A stretch of 32,000 nucleotides of DNA from Enterobacterales bacterium endosymbiont of Anomoneura mori (GTDB lineage Bacteria; Pseudomonadota; Gammaproteobacteria; Enterobacterales; Enterobacteriaceae_A). The notes beneath the pieces were generated by a model. That model was given only the letters and a program-made list of their open reading frames with translations. It was not told the DNA's origin and ran no database searches. Made by a program: the position numbers and the translations under genes. Below, one piece after another: positions 9,965 to 19,401 of the stretch. Numbering within the stretch: position 1 is the first letter of the stretch; every line of letters begins with the position of its first letter. Location: NCBI RefSeq assembly GCF_047159375.1, contig NZ_AP031381.1, positions 30,001 to 62,000 on the forward strand, given 5' to 3'.

Positions 9965-10055
9965 TTTTAAAATCCTAATAAAAATATTTGATATAAAAGT
10001 ATTTTTAAAATATTTATTTTTTAAATAAATATTTTTAAATATTAAAATTTTTATT

Positions 10056-10129
10056 TACGTCCTACAGGAATCGAACCTGTGACCAACAACTTAGAAGGTT
10101 GCTGCTCTATCCTACTGAGCTAAGGACGT
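10056..10129 (-). tRNA. argU: tRNA-Arg (anticodon UCU)
   Basis: The reverse complement acgtccttagctcagtaggatagagcagcaaccttctaagttgttggtcacaggttcgattcctgtaggacgt folds as a cloverleaf. The acceptor stem is acgtcct/aggacgt, the D stem gctc/gagc, the anticodon loop cuUCUaa and the T arm acagg-ttcgatt-cctgt. It closely resembles E. coli argU. No CCA is encoded. Confidence 0.93.
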
Positions 10130-10321
10130 GTTAAATTTTTTATTATAATATTTATTTTAAAATATTTTAAATTATATTTAAATATTTATTTTTAATTAAA
10201 AATAAATAATAAAAATTTGTAAAATATAAAAAATTAATATATTATAATATTTTATTATTAATATTATTTTATATTTAAATAAATTTTTTATTTTTATATA
10301 AAATACATTAAAAGGAAAAAA

Positions 10322-11185
10322 ATGAGAACTATTTTATTTATTTTAACAAATTTATTGATAGTAATAGTTTTTGGATTTTTTTTTAAATTATTAGGTTTAC
10401 AAAATAACATTAATCAAATTTCAATTTTTATAATGATTTTATTTGGTTTTTTTGGTTCAATTATATCTTTATTACTTTCTAAATTTGTAACATTAAATTC
10501 TATAAATGGAAAAATAATTAAAAATCCAATTAATAGAAATGAAATATGGTTATTAGAAACTATTTCAAAATTTTCTAAAATAAGTAATATTAAGACACCA
10601 GAAATAATTATATATAATTCAAATGATATAAATGCATTTGCTACAGGTTTTAATTGTAATAATTCTTTAATTGGTTTAAGTAGTGGGTTATTAAAATATA
10701 TGAATTATAATCAAATAAAAGCAGTTATTGCACATGAAATTTCTCATATTAATAATGGTGATATGGTTACAATGGGATTATTACAAGGTGTAATGAATAC
10801 ATTTGTTTTATTTTTTTCTCAATTTATTTCAAATTTAATATATAAAAAAGAAAATCAAGATAATGAAAAAAATATTTTTTTAAATATATTTAATTCATTT
10901 AGTTTTTCATTTTTTGAAATTTTATTTGGATCTTTAGCAAATATTGTAGTAATGGGGTTTTCTCGTTATAGAGAATTTCGTGCAGATGCTGATGCAATAA
11001 AATTTGTTGGAAAATATAATATGATATCTGCACTTAATAGATTAAAATTTAGTAATAAATTAAATTTAAAAAATAATTTAAAAGTTTTTTATATAAATGG
11101 TAAAAATTTTAATATTTTAAATAATTTATTTAATTCACATCCTTCAATTGATGAACGTATTAAAGCAATAAAAAATATTAAATAA
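10322..11185 (+). CDS. htpX: Membrane zinc metalloprotease HtpX
   Basis: 287 aa, colinear with E. coli HtpX: INAFATG, the AVIAHEISHINNGDMVTM HExxH zinc site, SRYREFRADA, and the C-terminal HPSIDERI. An AAGGA Shine-Dalgarno sequence lies upstream. Confidence 0.95.
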   Translation: MRTILFILTNLLIVIVFGFFFKLLGLQNNINQISIFIMILFGFFGSIISLLLSKFVTLNSINGKIIKNPINRNEIWLLETISKFSKISNIKTPEIIIYNSNDINAFATGFNCNNSLIGLSSGLLKYMNYNQIKAVIAHEISHINNGDMVTMGLLQGVMNTFVLFFSQFISNLIYKKENQDNEKNIFLNIFNSFSFSFFEILFGSLANIVVMGFSRYREFRADADAIKFVGKYNMISALNRLKFSNKLNLKNNLKVFYINGKNFNILNNLFNSHPSIDERIKAIKNIK

Positions 11186-11268
11186 TATTATATATTGTAA
11201 ATATGAATTTATTTTTTAAAAAAAATTTATATAATTAAAATTTAAATTTAAATAAGAAAAATAAAAAA

Positions 11269-11553
11269 ATGTTAATAATAAATGCTAAAATTCGAAAGTT
11301 TATAGGTAAAAGTTCAAGTAGAAGGTTACGTAAAAAAAATAAATTTCCTGCTATTATTTATGGAAATAATAAAATTAATATAAATATTGAACTAGAACAT
11401 GATTATATAAAAAATATTATAAAAAAAAAAAATATATATTTTAAACATTTTTTTATAAATATTAATAATAATATTTTAAATGTTAAAATTAAAGATATTC
11501 AATGGCATTCAATTAAACTAAAAATTTTACATATTGATTTTTTAATAATTTAA
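11269..11553 (+). CDS. rplY: 50S ribosomal protein L25
   Basis: 94 aa, the same length as E. coli L25. [25 protein letters not shown] and the C-terminal LHIDFL match E. coli [29 protein letters not shown] and QHIDFV. Confidence 0.9.
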   Translation: [94 protein letters not shown]

Positions 11554-11632
11554 TATTTATAATTAATTTAAAAATTATTATTTTTAAAAAATATTTAAAT
11601 ATTTAAATATTTTAAAATTAAATTTTAAAAAA

Positions 11633-12625
11633 ATGAAAAAAAAAATAGTATTTAGTGGTATTCAACCGTCAGGTAATTTAACAATTGGTAACTATATTGG
11701 AGTAATAAAACAATGGGTTAAAATGCAAGAAATATATAATTGTATTTTTTGCATTGTTGATTTACATTCATTAACTCAATGTAATAATAAATTAAAATTA
11801 GATAAAACAATTTTAGATACATTAGCATTATATTTAGCTTGTGGAATAAATCCTAATAAAAGTATCATATTTGTTCAATCACATGTTTCTGAACATACCA
11901 AATTAAGTTGGATTTTAAGTTGTTATACTTATTATGGTGAATTAAATCGTATGACACAATTTAAAAATAATAAAATTAAAAATAAAAATATAAATTCTGG
12001 AATTTTATTTTATCCAATTTTAATGTCATCAGATATTTTATTATATAACACAAATTATGTTCCAATAGGAGAAGACCAAAAACAACATATTGAATTATGT
12101 AGAAATATTGCTAATAGATTTAATAAAATATTTGGTAATATATTTAATATTCCAAAACCATGTATATTAAAAAATGGTAGTCGTATATTATCTTTACAAG
12201 AACCATATAAAAAAATGTCAAAATCTGATAATAATTCAAATAATGTTATTTATTTATTAGATAATAAAATAGATATTTTTAAAAAAATAAAATTTGCAAA
12301 AACTGATTCAGAAAAGAATCCAAAAATTAAATATGATATTATTAAAAAACCTGGTTTATCAAATTTATTAAATATTTTTTCTGGAATTACAGGTAAAACA
12401 ATTAAACAATTAGAAAAAGAATTTTATGGAAAATTATATATTGATTTAAAATATAAAATAATTAAAATTTTATCAATTTTTTTAGAAAGAATACAAAAAA
12501 ATTATTATAATATTAGAAAAAATGAGGATTTTTTAAAAAATATAATTTTTGAAGGATCAAAAAAAGCTAATAAAATAGCAAAAAAAACTATATCAAAAAT
12601 TAATTCTAAACTTAAATTATATTAA
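11633..12625 (+). CDS. trpS: Tryptophanyl-tRNA synthetase
   Basis: 330 aa. Motifs present: VFSGIQPSGNLTIGNY (HIGH-equivalent), GEDQKQHIEL, and KKMSKSD. It is colinear with E. coli TrpS (334 aa). Confidence 0.96.
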   Translation: MKKKIVFSGIQPSGNLTIGNYIGVIKQWVKMQEIYNCIFCIVDLHSLTQCNNKLKLDKTILDTLALYLACGINPNKSIIFVQSHVSEHTKLSWILSCYTYYGELNRMTQFKNNKIKNKNINSGILFYPILMSSDILLYNTNYVPIGEDQKQHIELCRNIANRFNKIFGNIFNIPKPCILKNGSRILSLQEPYKKMSKSDNNSNNVIYLLDNKIDIFKKIKFAKTDSEKNPKIKYDIIKKPGLSNLLNIFSGITGKTIKQLEKEFYGKLYIDLKYKIIKILSIFLERIQKNYYNIRKNEDFLKNIIFEGSKKANKIAKKTISKINSKLKLY

Positions 12626-12633
12626 ATTAAATA

Positions 12634-13443
12634 TTAATCATATAAAGTTGCTTTTTTCATAATTTTAATAAATTTTGTTAATTTTTTAAACATTTTAAAA
12701 TAATTTTTTTGATTTTGCTCTATTATTTTAATTATAGCAGAACCAGAAATAACACCTGAAATTCCTAAATTAATTGAATAATTAATTTGTGATGGTTTAA
12801 AAATTCCAAAACCTTGAATTATTGGAGCTGAATTATATTCAATTAATTTATTAATTATTTTAATATTAGGTTTTATATTTTTTTTTTCTGTTCCTGTAAC
12901 TCCACTACGAGATAATAAATATATATAACCTTTACTGTTTGAAGAAATTTCACGTAATAAATTATTATTTGAATTTGGTGGACAAATAAAAATTTGTTTT
13001 ATATCATAAATTAAAGAAGTTTTTAGAAATATTTTAGATTCTTCATAAGGTAAATCAGCAATAAGAACTGAATCTACACCTGAAATTTTACAATTATAAT
13101 AAAAATTTTTAATACCATTGTTAAAAACTAAATTAGTATAAGTCAATATTCCAATTGGAATATTATTAAATTTTTTACGTATATTATAAATCATTTCAAA
13201 ACATTTTTTAATTGTAATATTATATTTAAATGATCTTAATATTGAATTTTGAACAATTATTCCATCTGCTAATGGATCTGAAAATGGTATACCTAATTCT
13301 AGAGCATCGGCACCATTTAAAATTAAATGTTCAATTATTTTGATTGATATTTCTGGATTAATATCACCTAAAATTAAAAAAGGAATAAAAGCACCTTGTT
13401 TTTTAATATTTAATTTTTTAAACATTTTTTGATAACGTTTCAT
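12634..13443 (-). CDS. trpA: Tryptophan synthase alpha chain
   Basis: [17 protein letters not shown] aligns with E. coli MERYESLFAQL..GAFVPF. LELGIPFSDPLADG and GFGI are also present. I place the start at the ATG at 13443..13441. The ORF track begins one codon earlier at an in-frame TTG. This choice gives the E. coli-like trpB/trpA TGATG junction. Confidence 0.94.
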   Translation of the reverse strand: MKRYQKMFKKLNIKKQGAFIPFLILGDINPEISIKIIEHLILNGADALELGIPFSDPLADGIIVQNSILRSFKYNITIKKCFEMIYNIRKKFNNIPIGILTYTNLVFNNGIKNFYYNCKISGVDSVLIADLPYEESKIFLKTSLIYDIKQIFICPPNSNNNLLREISSNSKGYIYLLSRSGVTGTEKKNIKPNIKIINKLIEYNSAPIIQGFGIFKPSQINYSINLGISGVISGSAIIKIIEQNQKNYFKMFKKLTKFIKIMKKATLYD

Positions 13444-14633
13444 CAAATTTCCTTATTTTCTAAAATATTAAAAACAGTTAATATATCTTTATCTCCACGT
13501 CCAGATAAATTTACTATTATAATTTGTTTTTTTTTTGGTTTTTTATATATATTTTTAATTGCATAAGCTAATGCATGAGAAGATTCTAATGCAGGTATAA
13601 TTCCTTCATAATGAGATAAAAGTAAAAATGCTTCTAATGCTTCATTATCTGTAACTGATACATATTTTACTCTTTTAATACTATTTAAAAAAGCATGTTC
13701 AGGTCCAACAGAAGGAAAATCTAAACCTGCTGAAATAGAATAAGATTGTTTTATTTGTCCTTCATTAGTTTGAATAATTAAAGATTTCATACCAAAATAA
13801 ATTCCTAAAGTACCATGTTTAATAGGTGCACCGTGTTTTTTAGTTTTAATTCCATAACCAGCAGGTTCTATACCAATTAATTTAACTTTTTTATATTTTA
13901 AAAAATTTGAAAATATACCTATAGCATTTGAACCACCTCCAACACATGCTAAAATTTTATTTGGAAGAATTTTTTCATTTTTAAGTATTTGTTTTTTAGT
14001 TTCTTTTCCTATTATTTTTTGAAATTCATGAACAATTGTTGGATATGGATGAGGTCCTGCAACAGTTCCTAACATATAATAAGAATTTTTATAATTATAT
14101 GACCAATCTCTTAATGCTTCGTTACAAGCATCTTTAAGAGTTTTAGAACCAGTATATACTGGTATTACATCTGCTCCCATCAATCTCATTCTAAATACAT
14201 TAGATGATTGACGTTTTAAATCTTTATAACCCATATATATTCTACATTTTAATCCTAATAAAGAACTAGCAAATGCAGAAGCTACTCCATGTTGACCAGC
14301 TCCAGTTTCAGCAATTATTTCTTTTTTTCCCATTTTTTTAGCTAATAATACTTGCCCAAGTACTTGATTAGTTTTATGAGCACCTCCATGAAGTAAATCT
14401 TCACGTTTTAAATATAATTTTGTTTTAGTTTTTTTTGTTATATTTTTACATAAAGTTAAGGGTGTTGGACGACCAGCATAATTTTTAAGTAAATTTAAAA
14501 ATATTTTTTTAAATTTTTTATTATTTAATGAATTTATAAAATTTTTTTCTAATTCTTTTAAAGGTTTAATAAGAATTTGAGGTACATATTGACCTCCAAA
14601 TTTACCAAAATAAGGATTTAATATTTTTTTCAT
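13443..14633 (-). CDS. trpB: Tryptophan synthase beta chain
   Basis: 396 aa. Motifs present: [12 protein letters not shown] (PLP lysine), ETGAGQHG, and GGGSNAIG. It is colinear with E. coli TrpB (397 aa). Confidence 0.97.
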   Translation of the reverse strand: MKKILNPYFGKFGGQYVPQILIKPLKELEKNFINSLNNKKFKKIFLNLLKNYAGRPTPLTLCKNITKKTKTKLYLKREDLLHGGAHKTNQVLGQVLLAKKMGKKEIIAETGAGQHGVASAFASSLLGLKCRIYMGYKDLKRQSSNVFRMRLMGADVIPVYTGSKTLKDACNEALRDWSYNYKNSYYMLGTVAGPHPYPTIVHEFQKIIGKETKKQILKNEKILPNKILACVGGGSNAIGIFSNFLKYKKVKLIGIEPAGYGIKTKKHGAPIKHGTLGIYFGMKSLIIQTNEGQIKQSYSISAGLDFPSVGPEHAFLNSIKRVKYVSVTDNEALEAFLLLSHYEGIIPALESSHALAYAIKNIYKKPKKKQIIIVNLSGRGDKDILTVFNILENKEI

Positions 14634-14694
14634 AAAATTCCTTTAATATTTAATACAATGTTGATATTTATATTTTTATATTATATGAATAAAT

Positions 14695-16059
14695 TTAATA
14701 ATCTCTTAAAATTTTATTTAATAAATTTATTTTTTTATGATCTTTTATACCTGGTTTTATTTCAATTCCTGAATTAAAATCTAATCCTAAACATTTTAAA
14801 TTAATAGCTTTATAACAATTTTCAATATTTATTCCTCCAGCTAAAATAACATTATTAAAATTATATTTATCATTCATTAAAGACCAATTAAATTGTTTTC
14901 CTGTTCCACCTTGTTTATTATCAAAAACATATCTTTTAATATTTTTTAAATTTCTTTCAGGAATTTTTTTATTTATACTAAAAACTTTCCAAATTTTTGT
15001 TTTTTTAGGTATTAGTTTTTTTAATATATTTATATAATTCTGATTTTCTTTACCATGTAATTGAATAGAATATAATTTTAAATATTCACAAATTTTAACT
15101 ATTTTTTTAATATTTTCATTTTTAAATATACCTACATATTTTAAAGGTATTTTAGAAATTATATTAAATGCTATTTTTATATTAATTTTACGAATTGAAT
15201 TATTTACAAAATTTAAACCACCATAAATTATTCCATTTTTATAAGTTATTTTAGAATCTTCAATATTAGTTAAACCACAAATTTTATTTTCTCCTAAAAT
15301 TATTTTACATACTGCAGAATTTAAATTTTTTTCAGACATTAATATACTACCTATTAAAAATCCATTTACATATTTACTAATTTTTCTAACTTGTAAATTA
15401 TTTTTTATTCCAGATTCACTAATAATTATAATATTTTTTGGTATTTTAATAGATAATTTAATAGTTCTATTTAAATCAATACTTAAATCATGCAAATTAC
15501 GATTATTAATACCAATAATTTTTGCATTTAATTTTATCGCACGATTTAATTCATCTTCATTTATAATTTCAGTTAATACATTCATATTTAAACTTTCTGC
15601 TATTTTTTTAAATTTTATATATTTTTCATCATTTAATATAGATAACATTAATAAAATTGCATCAGCTTTATAATATCTTGCTAAATATATTTGATATTCA
15701 TCAATAATAAAATCTTTACATAAAATAGGTAAATTTGTTTTCTTATTGACTTCATTTAAAAAATTAAAATCACCTTTAAAATATTTTTCATCAGTTAAAA
15801 CTGATATAGCATCTGCATATTTTTTATAAATTGAAATAATTTTTGAAATATTAAAATTTTTTCTTATTATACCTTTTGAAGGAGAAGCTTTTTTACATTC
15901 TAAAATAAAAACAGTTTTTTTTTTTTTTAATGATTTATAAAAATCACGATTACTTTTAATAATATTTTTTTTAATGTAATTTAATGAAAATTGTTTTTTT
16001 TTATATATAATCCAATTTATTTTATCTTTAATAATATTATTAAGAATTGTATAATTCAC
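14695..16059 (-). CDS. trpC: Bifunctional indole-3-glycerol-phosphate synthase / phosphoribosylanthranilate isomerase, TrpC(F)
   Basis: 454 aa. ILECKKASPSKG, SVLTDEKYF.G, CKDFIID.YQIYLARYY, ISESGI and a C-terminal PRAI half (VGVF-like VGIFKN, QLHG, LAGG) are colinear with E. coli TrpC. The start codon is GTG (16059..16057). No in-frame ATG is compatible with the conserved N-terminus, and an AAGGA lies upstream. Confidence 0.95.
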   Translation of the reverse strand: MNYTILNNIIKDKINWIIYKKKQFSLNYIKKNIIKSNRDFYKSLKKKKTVFILECKKASPSKGIIRKNFNISKIISIYKKYADAISVLTDEKYFKGDFNFLNEVNKKTNLPILCKDFIIDEYQIYLARYYKADAILLMLSILNDEKYIKFKKIAESLNMNVLTEIINEDELNRAIKLNAKIIGINNRNLHDLSIDLNRTIKLSIKIPKNIIIISESGIKNNLQVRKISKYVNGFLIGSILMSEKNLNSAVCKIILGENKICGLTNIEDSKITYKNGIIYGGLNFVNNSIRKINIKIAFNIISKIPLKYVGIFKNENIKKIVKICEYLKLYSIQLHGKENQNYINILKKLIPKKTKIWKVFSINKKIPERNLKNIKRYVFDNKQGGTGKQFNWSLMNDKYNFNNVILAGGINIENCYKAINLKCLGLDFNSGIEIKPGIKDHKKINLLNKILRDY

Positions 16060-16064
16060 AATTT

Positions 16065-17063
16065 TTATTCCTTTATTAAATGTAATATTTTTTTATAACT
16101 ATTCCCATGTTTTATTATTTTTAATATTTCTTTAACATTTTTTAATAAATTATTTTTATTAAATAATTTTAATAATAAACCAATATTAGCTGATATAATT
16201 GAATTATGAGCTAAATTACCTTTACCTTTTAATATGTTTTTAAAATTTTCATATTTTTTTTTTTCTTTAAAATTTAAAATTTTATTTAAAGAAAATCTTT
16301 TTAATCCTATTATTTCAGGTTCTAATTGATAAGTTTTAATATTATTTTTTTTAAGTTCAGATATATATGTATTTGAATGTATAGCAACTTCATCTAAACC
16401 TCCTCCATGAACAACAGCAGCATTTTTATATTTTAATATTTTTAAAATTTTTATAATTATTAAAATTAAATTAATATCATTTACACCAATTAAAATTATT
16501 GGAGGTTTTAAAGGATTGATAAGAGGTCCAATAATATTAAATAATGTACTACTTTTAATTTTTTTCCTAATCTCTATTACTTTATTAAAAATAGAATTAT
16601 ATTTAGAAGCAAATAAAAAACAAATATTATAATTATTTAAATAATTTAATATTTTAGATGAATTAATATTAAAATTTACATTAAATTTTTTTAAAATATT
16701 AAAAGATCCAGAAACATTTGAAATACCATAATTTCCATGTTTTATAACTTTAATACCATAAGTTGATGCAATTAAAGCACTTATTGTTGAAATATTTATA
16801 CTATTTATATTATCTCCACCTGTTCCAACAATATCAGAAAATATAAAATTAGGTTTATTTATTTTTTTTGATTTTTTTAATAATAAATTTATTGATCCTA
16901 ATAATTCATCAATATAGTAACCTCTTATTTTTATAGTTATAAGAAAAGAAATTATGTTTTTTTTATTTATTTTTTTATAATAAATTTTATTAAAAAGTTT
17001 ATATGTTTCAAATTTATTTATAAAATTATATTTAAAAATTTTTTCTAAAATTTTATATACCAT
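16065..17063 (-). CDS. trpD: Anthranilate phosphoribosyltransferase, stand-alone and not fused to TrpG
   Basis: 332 aa. Motifs present: DIVGTGGD, KHGN...SG, and GPL.NP. It corresponds to the C-terminal PRT part of the E. coli TrpG-D fusion, and the glutamine amidotransferase half is absent. Confidence 0.93.
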   Translation of the reverse strand: MVYKILEKIFKYNFINKFETYKLFNKIYYKKINKKNIISFLITIKIRGYYIDELLGSINLLLKKSKKINKPNFIFSDIVGTGGDNINSINISTISALIASTYGIKVIKHGNYGISNVSGSFNILKKFNVNFNINSSKILNYLNNYNICFLFASKYNSIFNKVIEIRKKIKSSTLFNIIGPLINPLKPPIILIGVNDINLILIIIKILKILKYKNAAVVHGGGLDEVAIHSNTYISELKKNNIKTYQLEPEIIGLKRFSLNKILNFKEKKKYENFKNILKGKGNLAHNSIISANIGLLLKLFNKNNLLKNVKEILKIIKHGNSYKKILHLIKE

Positions 17064-17137
17064 TATTCCTTATTTTTTAAATATATTAAATTTAAATATT
17101 ATATTAAATAATAACTATATTTTTAATAAATTTTAAT

Positions 17138-17165
17138 TTGACATTTTAAAAATAATTAATATAAT
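17138..17165 (+). promoter_or_regulatory. Consensus sigma70-type promoter upstream of tRNA-Asn / rpsU-dnaG-rpoD
   Basis: TTGACA (17138..17143), a 16-nt spacer, then TATAAT (17160..17165), ending 20 nt before the tRNA-Asn 5' end. TATAAT is common here by composition. An exact TTGACA at correct spacing was not seen in any other spacer I scanned by eye. Confidence 0.5.
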
Positions 17166-17185
17166 TAAATTATATAAATTAAAAA

Positions 17186-17257
17186 TCCTCTGTAGTTCAG
17201 TGGTAGAACAGCGGACTGTTAATCCGCGTGTCATTGGTTCAAATCCAGTCAGAGGAG
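17186..17257 (+). tRNA. asnT: tRNA-Asn (anticodon GUU)
   Basis: tcctctgtagttcagtggtagaacagcggactGTTaatccgcgtgtcattggttcaaatccagtcagaggag is near-identical in architecture to E. coli tRNA-Asn. The acceptor stem is tcctctg/cagagga and the discriminator is G. No CCA is encoded. Confidence 0.95.
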
Positions 17258-17296
17258 TTTTTATAAATTAATATTAATTAATTTTTTTTAAAAAAT

Positions 17297-17512
17297 ATGC
17301 CTAAAATTAAAATTAAAAAATTTGAACCATTTGAAGTTGCTTTAAGAAGATTTAAAAGAATATGTGAAAAATCTGGAATTTTATCAGAATTGAAAAAAAG
17401 AGAATTTTATGAAAAACCTTCTATTATTAAAAAAAAAAAAAAAAAAATTGCAATTAAAAGAAATATTAAAAAAATAACAAAAGGAAATTTTAAAAAACCT
17501 CGTTTATATTAA
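17297..17512 (+). CDS. rpsU: 30S ribosomal protein S21
   Basis: 71 aa, the same length as in E. coli. [27 protein letters not shown]...REFYEKP and the C-terminal PRLY match E. coli S21. Confidence 0.95.
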   Translation: MPKIKIKKFEPFEVALRRFKRICEKSGILSELKKREFYEKPSIIKKKKKKIAIKRNIKKITKGNFKKPRLY

Positions 17513-17536
17513 TTTTTTAAAATATTTTAAAATATA

Positions 17537-19300
17537 ATGAAAAATAATATTAATAAAACAATTTCAAAAATCTTTATAAAAGATTTAATTCAAATGACTA
17601 ATATTATTGATGTAATTAATAAAAGTATACATTTAAAAAAAAAAGGTAATAATTATGTTGCTTGTTGTCCTTTTCATTCTGAAAAAAATCCTTCTTTTAC
17701 TGTAAATTATGAAAAACAATTTTATTATTGTTTTGGTTGTGGAGTACATGGAAATGTAATTGATTTTTTAATAAATTATGAAAAATTTAATTTTATAGAA
17801 AGTATTGAAGAATTATCAATATTAAATTCTGTTAATATAATTTATGAAAATGAATCATCATTAAATGAATTTAAAAAAATTGATAAAAAAAAATTATATA
17901 AAATTATAAAAGAAATAGAAATTTTATATAAAAAAAATTTATTTGATAAAAAAAATATTAAAGTATTAAATTATCTTATCAAAAGAGGTTTAAGTAAAAA
18001 TATAATTAAAAAATTTTCAATTGGTTTTACTACATTTAAAAAAAATAGCATATTTGAAAAATTTAAATATGATGAATATAAAATTAAACTTTTACATGAA
18101 ATAGGTATATTATTTACAAAAAATAAAATAATATACGATAGATTTAATTTTAGAATAATGTTTCCGATTATAGATAGACATGGTAAAACAATTGGATTTG
18201 GAGGTCGTAAATTAAATAATGGAATATGTAAATATATAAATTCACCAGAAACTGCAATATTTAAAAAAGGTAAAAATCTTTATGGATTTTATAATTTAAT
18301 TAATAAAAAAAAAAAATATAAATATATTTTGATAGTAGAAGGATATATTGATTATTTAATGCTTTATCAATATAAAATTTATAATGTAGTAGCTATTTTA
18401 GGAACTAATATAACAATATATAACATTCAACTGTTATTTAGAAATACAGATACTATTATATTTTGTTATGATGGAGATTCAGCTGGATTTCAAGCAGCTT
18501 GGAATTCATTAAAGTTAAGTATTTTATATATGAAAGATGGAAAACAAATTAAATTTGTTTTTTTACCAGATAATGAAGATCCAGATACATTAATAAAAAA
18601 AGAAGGAATTAAAAATTTTCAAAAAAGAATAGATAATGCAAAAACATTTACAAATTTTTTATTTGATAAATTATTATTTAATTTAGATATAAGTAATTTA
18701 AATGATCGTATTAAATTTAGTATTAAAGCTTTAAATTTAATTTCTAAAATTCCTGGAGATTTACTTAGAATAAATTTAAGAAAAATATTAAGTATTAAAA
18801 TTGGATTATTAGATGATATACAATTAGAAAATTGGATTAAAACAAAATCAGAAAATAATTATAATAATTTTTTAAACATTAAAAGAACAAATATAAGAAA
18901 TATAATTTCTTTAATTATACAAAATCCTAAATTATCAAAATTTATACCTTCAATTAATAATTTAGAAAATATAAAATTTTATTATCCTGGAATAGATTTT
19001 CTTATAGGTTTATTAAAAATTATTTTTTCTAATCCTAATATTAATACTGGACAATTATTAGAAATTTATCGTGATAAAAAAACAAATAAAATTATTAAAA
19101 TTTTATCAAAATTAAATATTTCATTATATAATAATGAAAAAATTAAAAAATTTTTTTTAAAAAATATTATTTTTTTTTTAAATAATTTAATTAAAAAAAA
19201 AATAGAAAAATTAATATTAAAATCTAGATTTATTGGTTTAAATTTAGAAGAAAAAAAAAAAATAATTTTTTTAAATAAAATTTTATTTAATAAAAATTAA
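17537..19300 (+). CDS. dnaG: DNA primase
   Basis: 587 aa. It has the zinc-ribbon CCPFHSEKNPSFTVN..QFYYCFGCGVHGN, a TOPRIM core (EGYIDYL, DGDSAG), and a divergent C-terminal DnaB-interaction region. It follows rpsU as in the rpsU-dnaG-rpoD operon. Confidence 0.95.
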   Translation: MKNNINKTISKIFIKDLIQMTNIIDVINKSIHLKKKGNNYVACCPFHSEKNPSFTVNYEKQFYYCFGCGVHGNVIDFLINYEKFNFIESIEELSILNSVNIIYENESSLNEFKKIDKKKLYKIIKEIEILYKKNLFDKKNIKVLNYLIKRGLSKNIIKKFSIGFTTFKKNSIFEKFKYDEYKIKLLHEIGILFTKNKIIYDRFNFRIMFPIIDRHGKTIGFGGRKLNNGICKYINSPETAIFKKGKNLYGFYNLINKKKKYKYILIVEGYIDYLMLYQYKIYNVVAILGTNITIYNIQLLFRNTDTIIFCYDGDSAGFQAAWNSLKLSILYMKDGKQIKFVFLPDNEDPDTLIKKEGIKNFQKRIDNAKTFTNFLFDKLLFNLDISNLNDRIKFSIKALNLISKIPGDLLRINLRKILSIKIGLLDDIQLENWIKTKSENNYNNFLNIKRTNIRNIISLIIQNPKLSKFIPSINNLENIKFYYPGIDFLIGLLKIIFSNPNINTGQLLEIYRDKKTNKIIKILSKLNISLYNNEKIKKFFLKNIIFFLNNLIKKKIEKLILKSRFIGLNLEEKKKIIFLNKILFNKN

Positions 19301-19401
19301 TATTTAAAAAAAATAATAAATATTTAAATTTTTTATTAATGTTATATTTTTAAAATTATTAAATTAATAAAATAATAAAAAATAAATTTTAAAAATTCAA
19401 A

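Noticed and set aside
10217-10248. A TTGTAA followed by several TATAAT/TATATT-like hexamers upstream of htpX, considered as a possible promoter.
   Set aside because: The candidate -10 hexamers give spacers of 12, 15 or 20 nt, and none is the canonical 16-18. The -35 is imperfect, and A/T hexamers occur everywhere. This is not supportable without TSS data.
11591-11614. A tandem-looking 8-mer, atatttaa atatttaa atatttta, in the rplY-trpS spacer.
   Set aside because: There are only about 3 copies of an A/T-only octamer. This is expected by chance at this composition, and it has no spacing or partner structure suggestive of a binding-site array.
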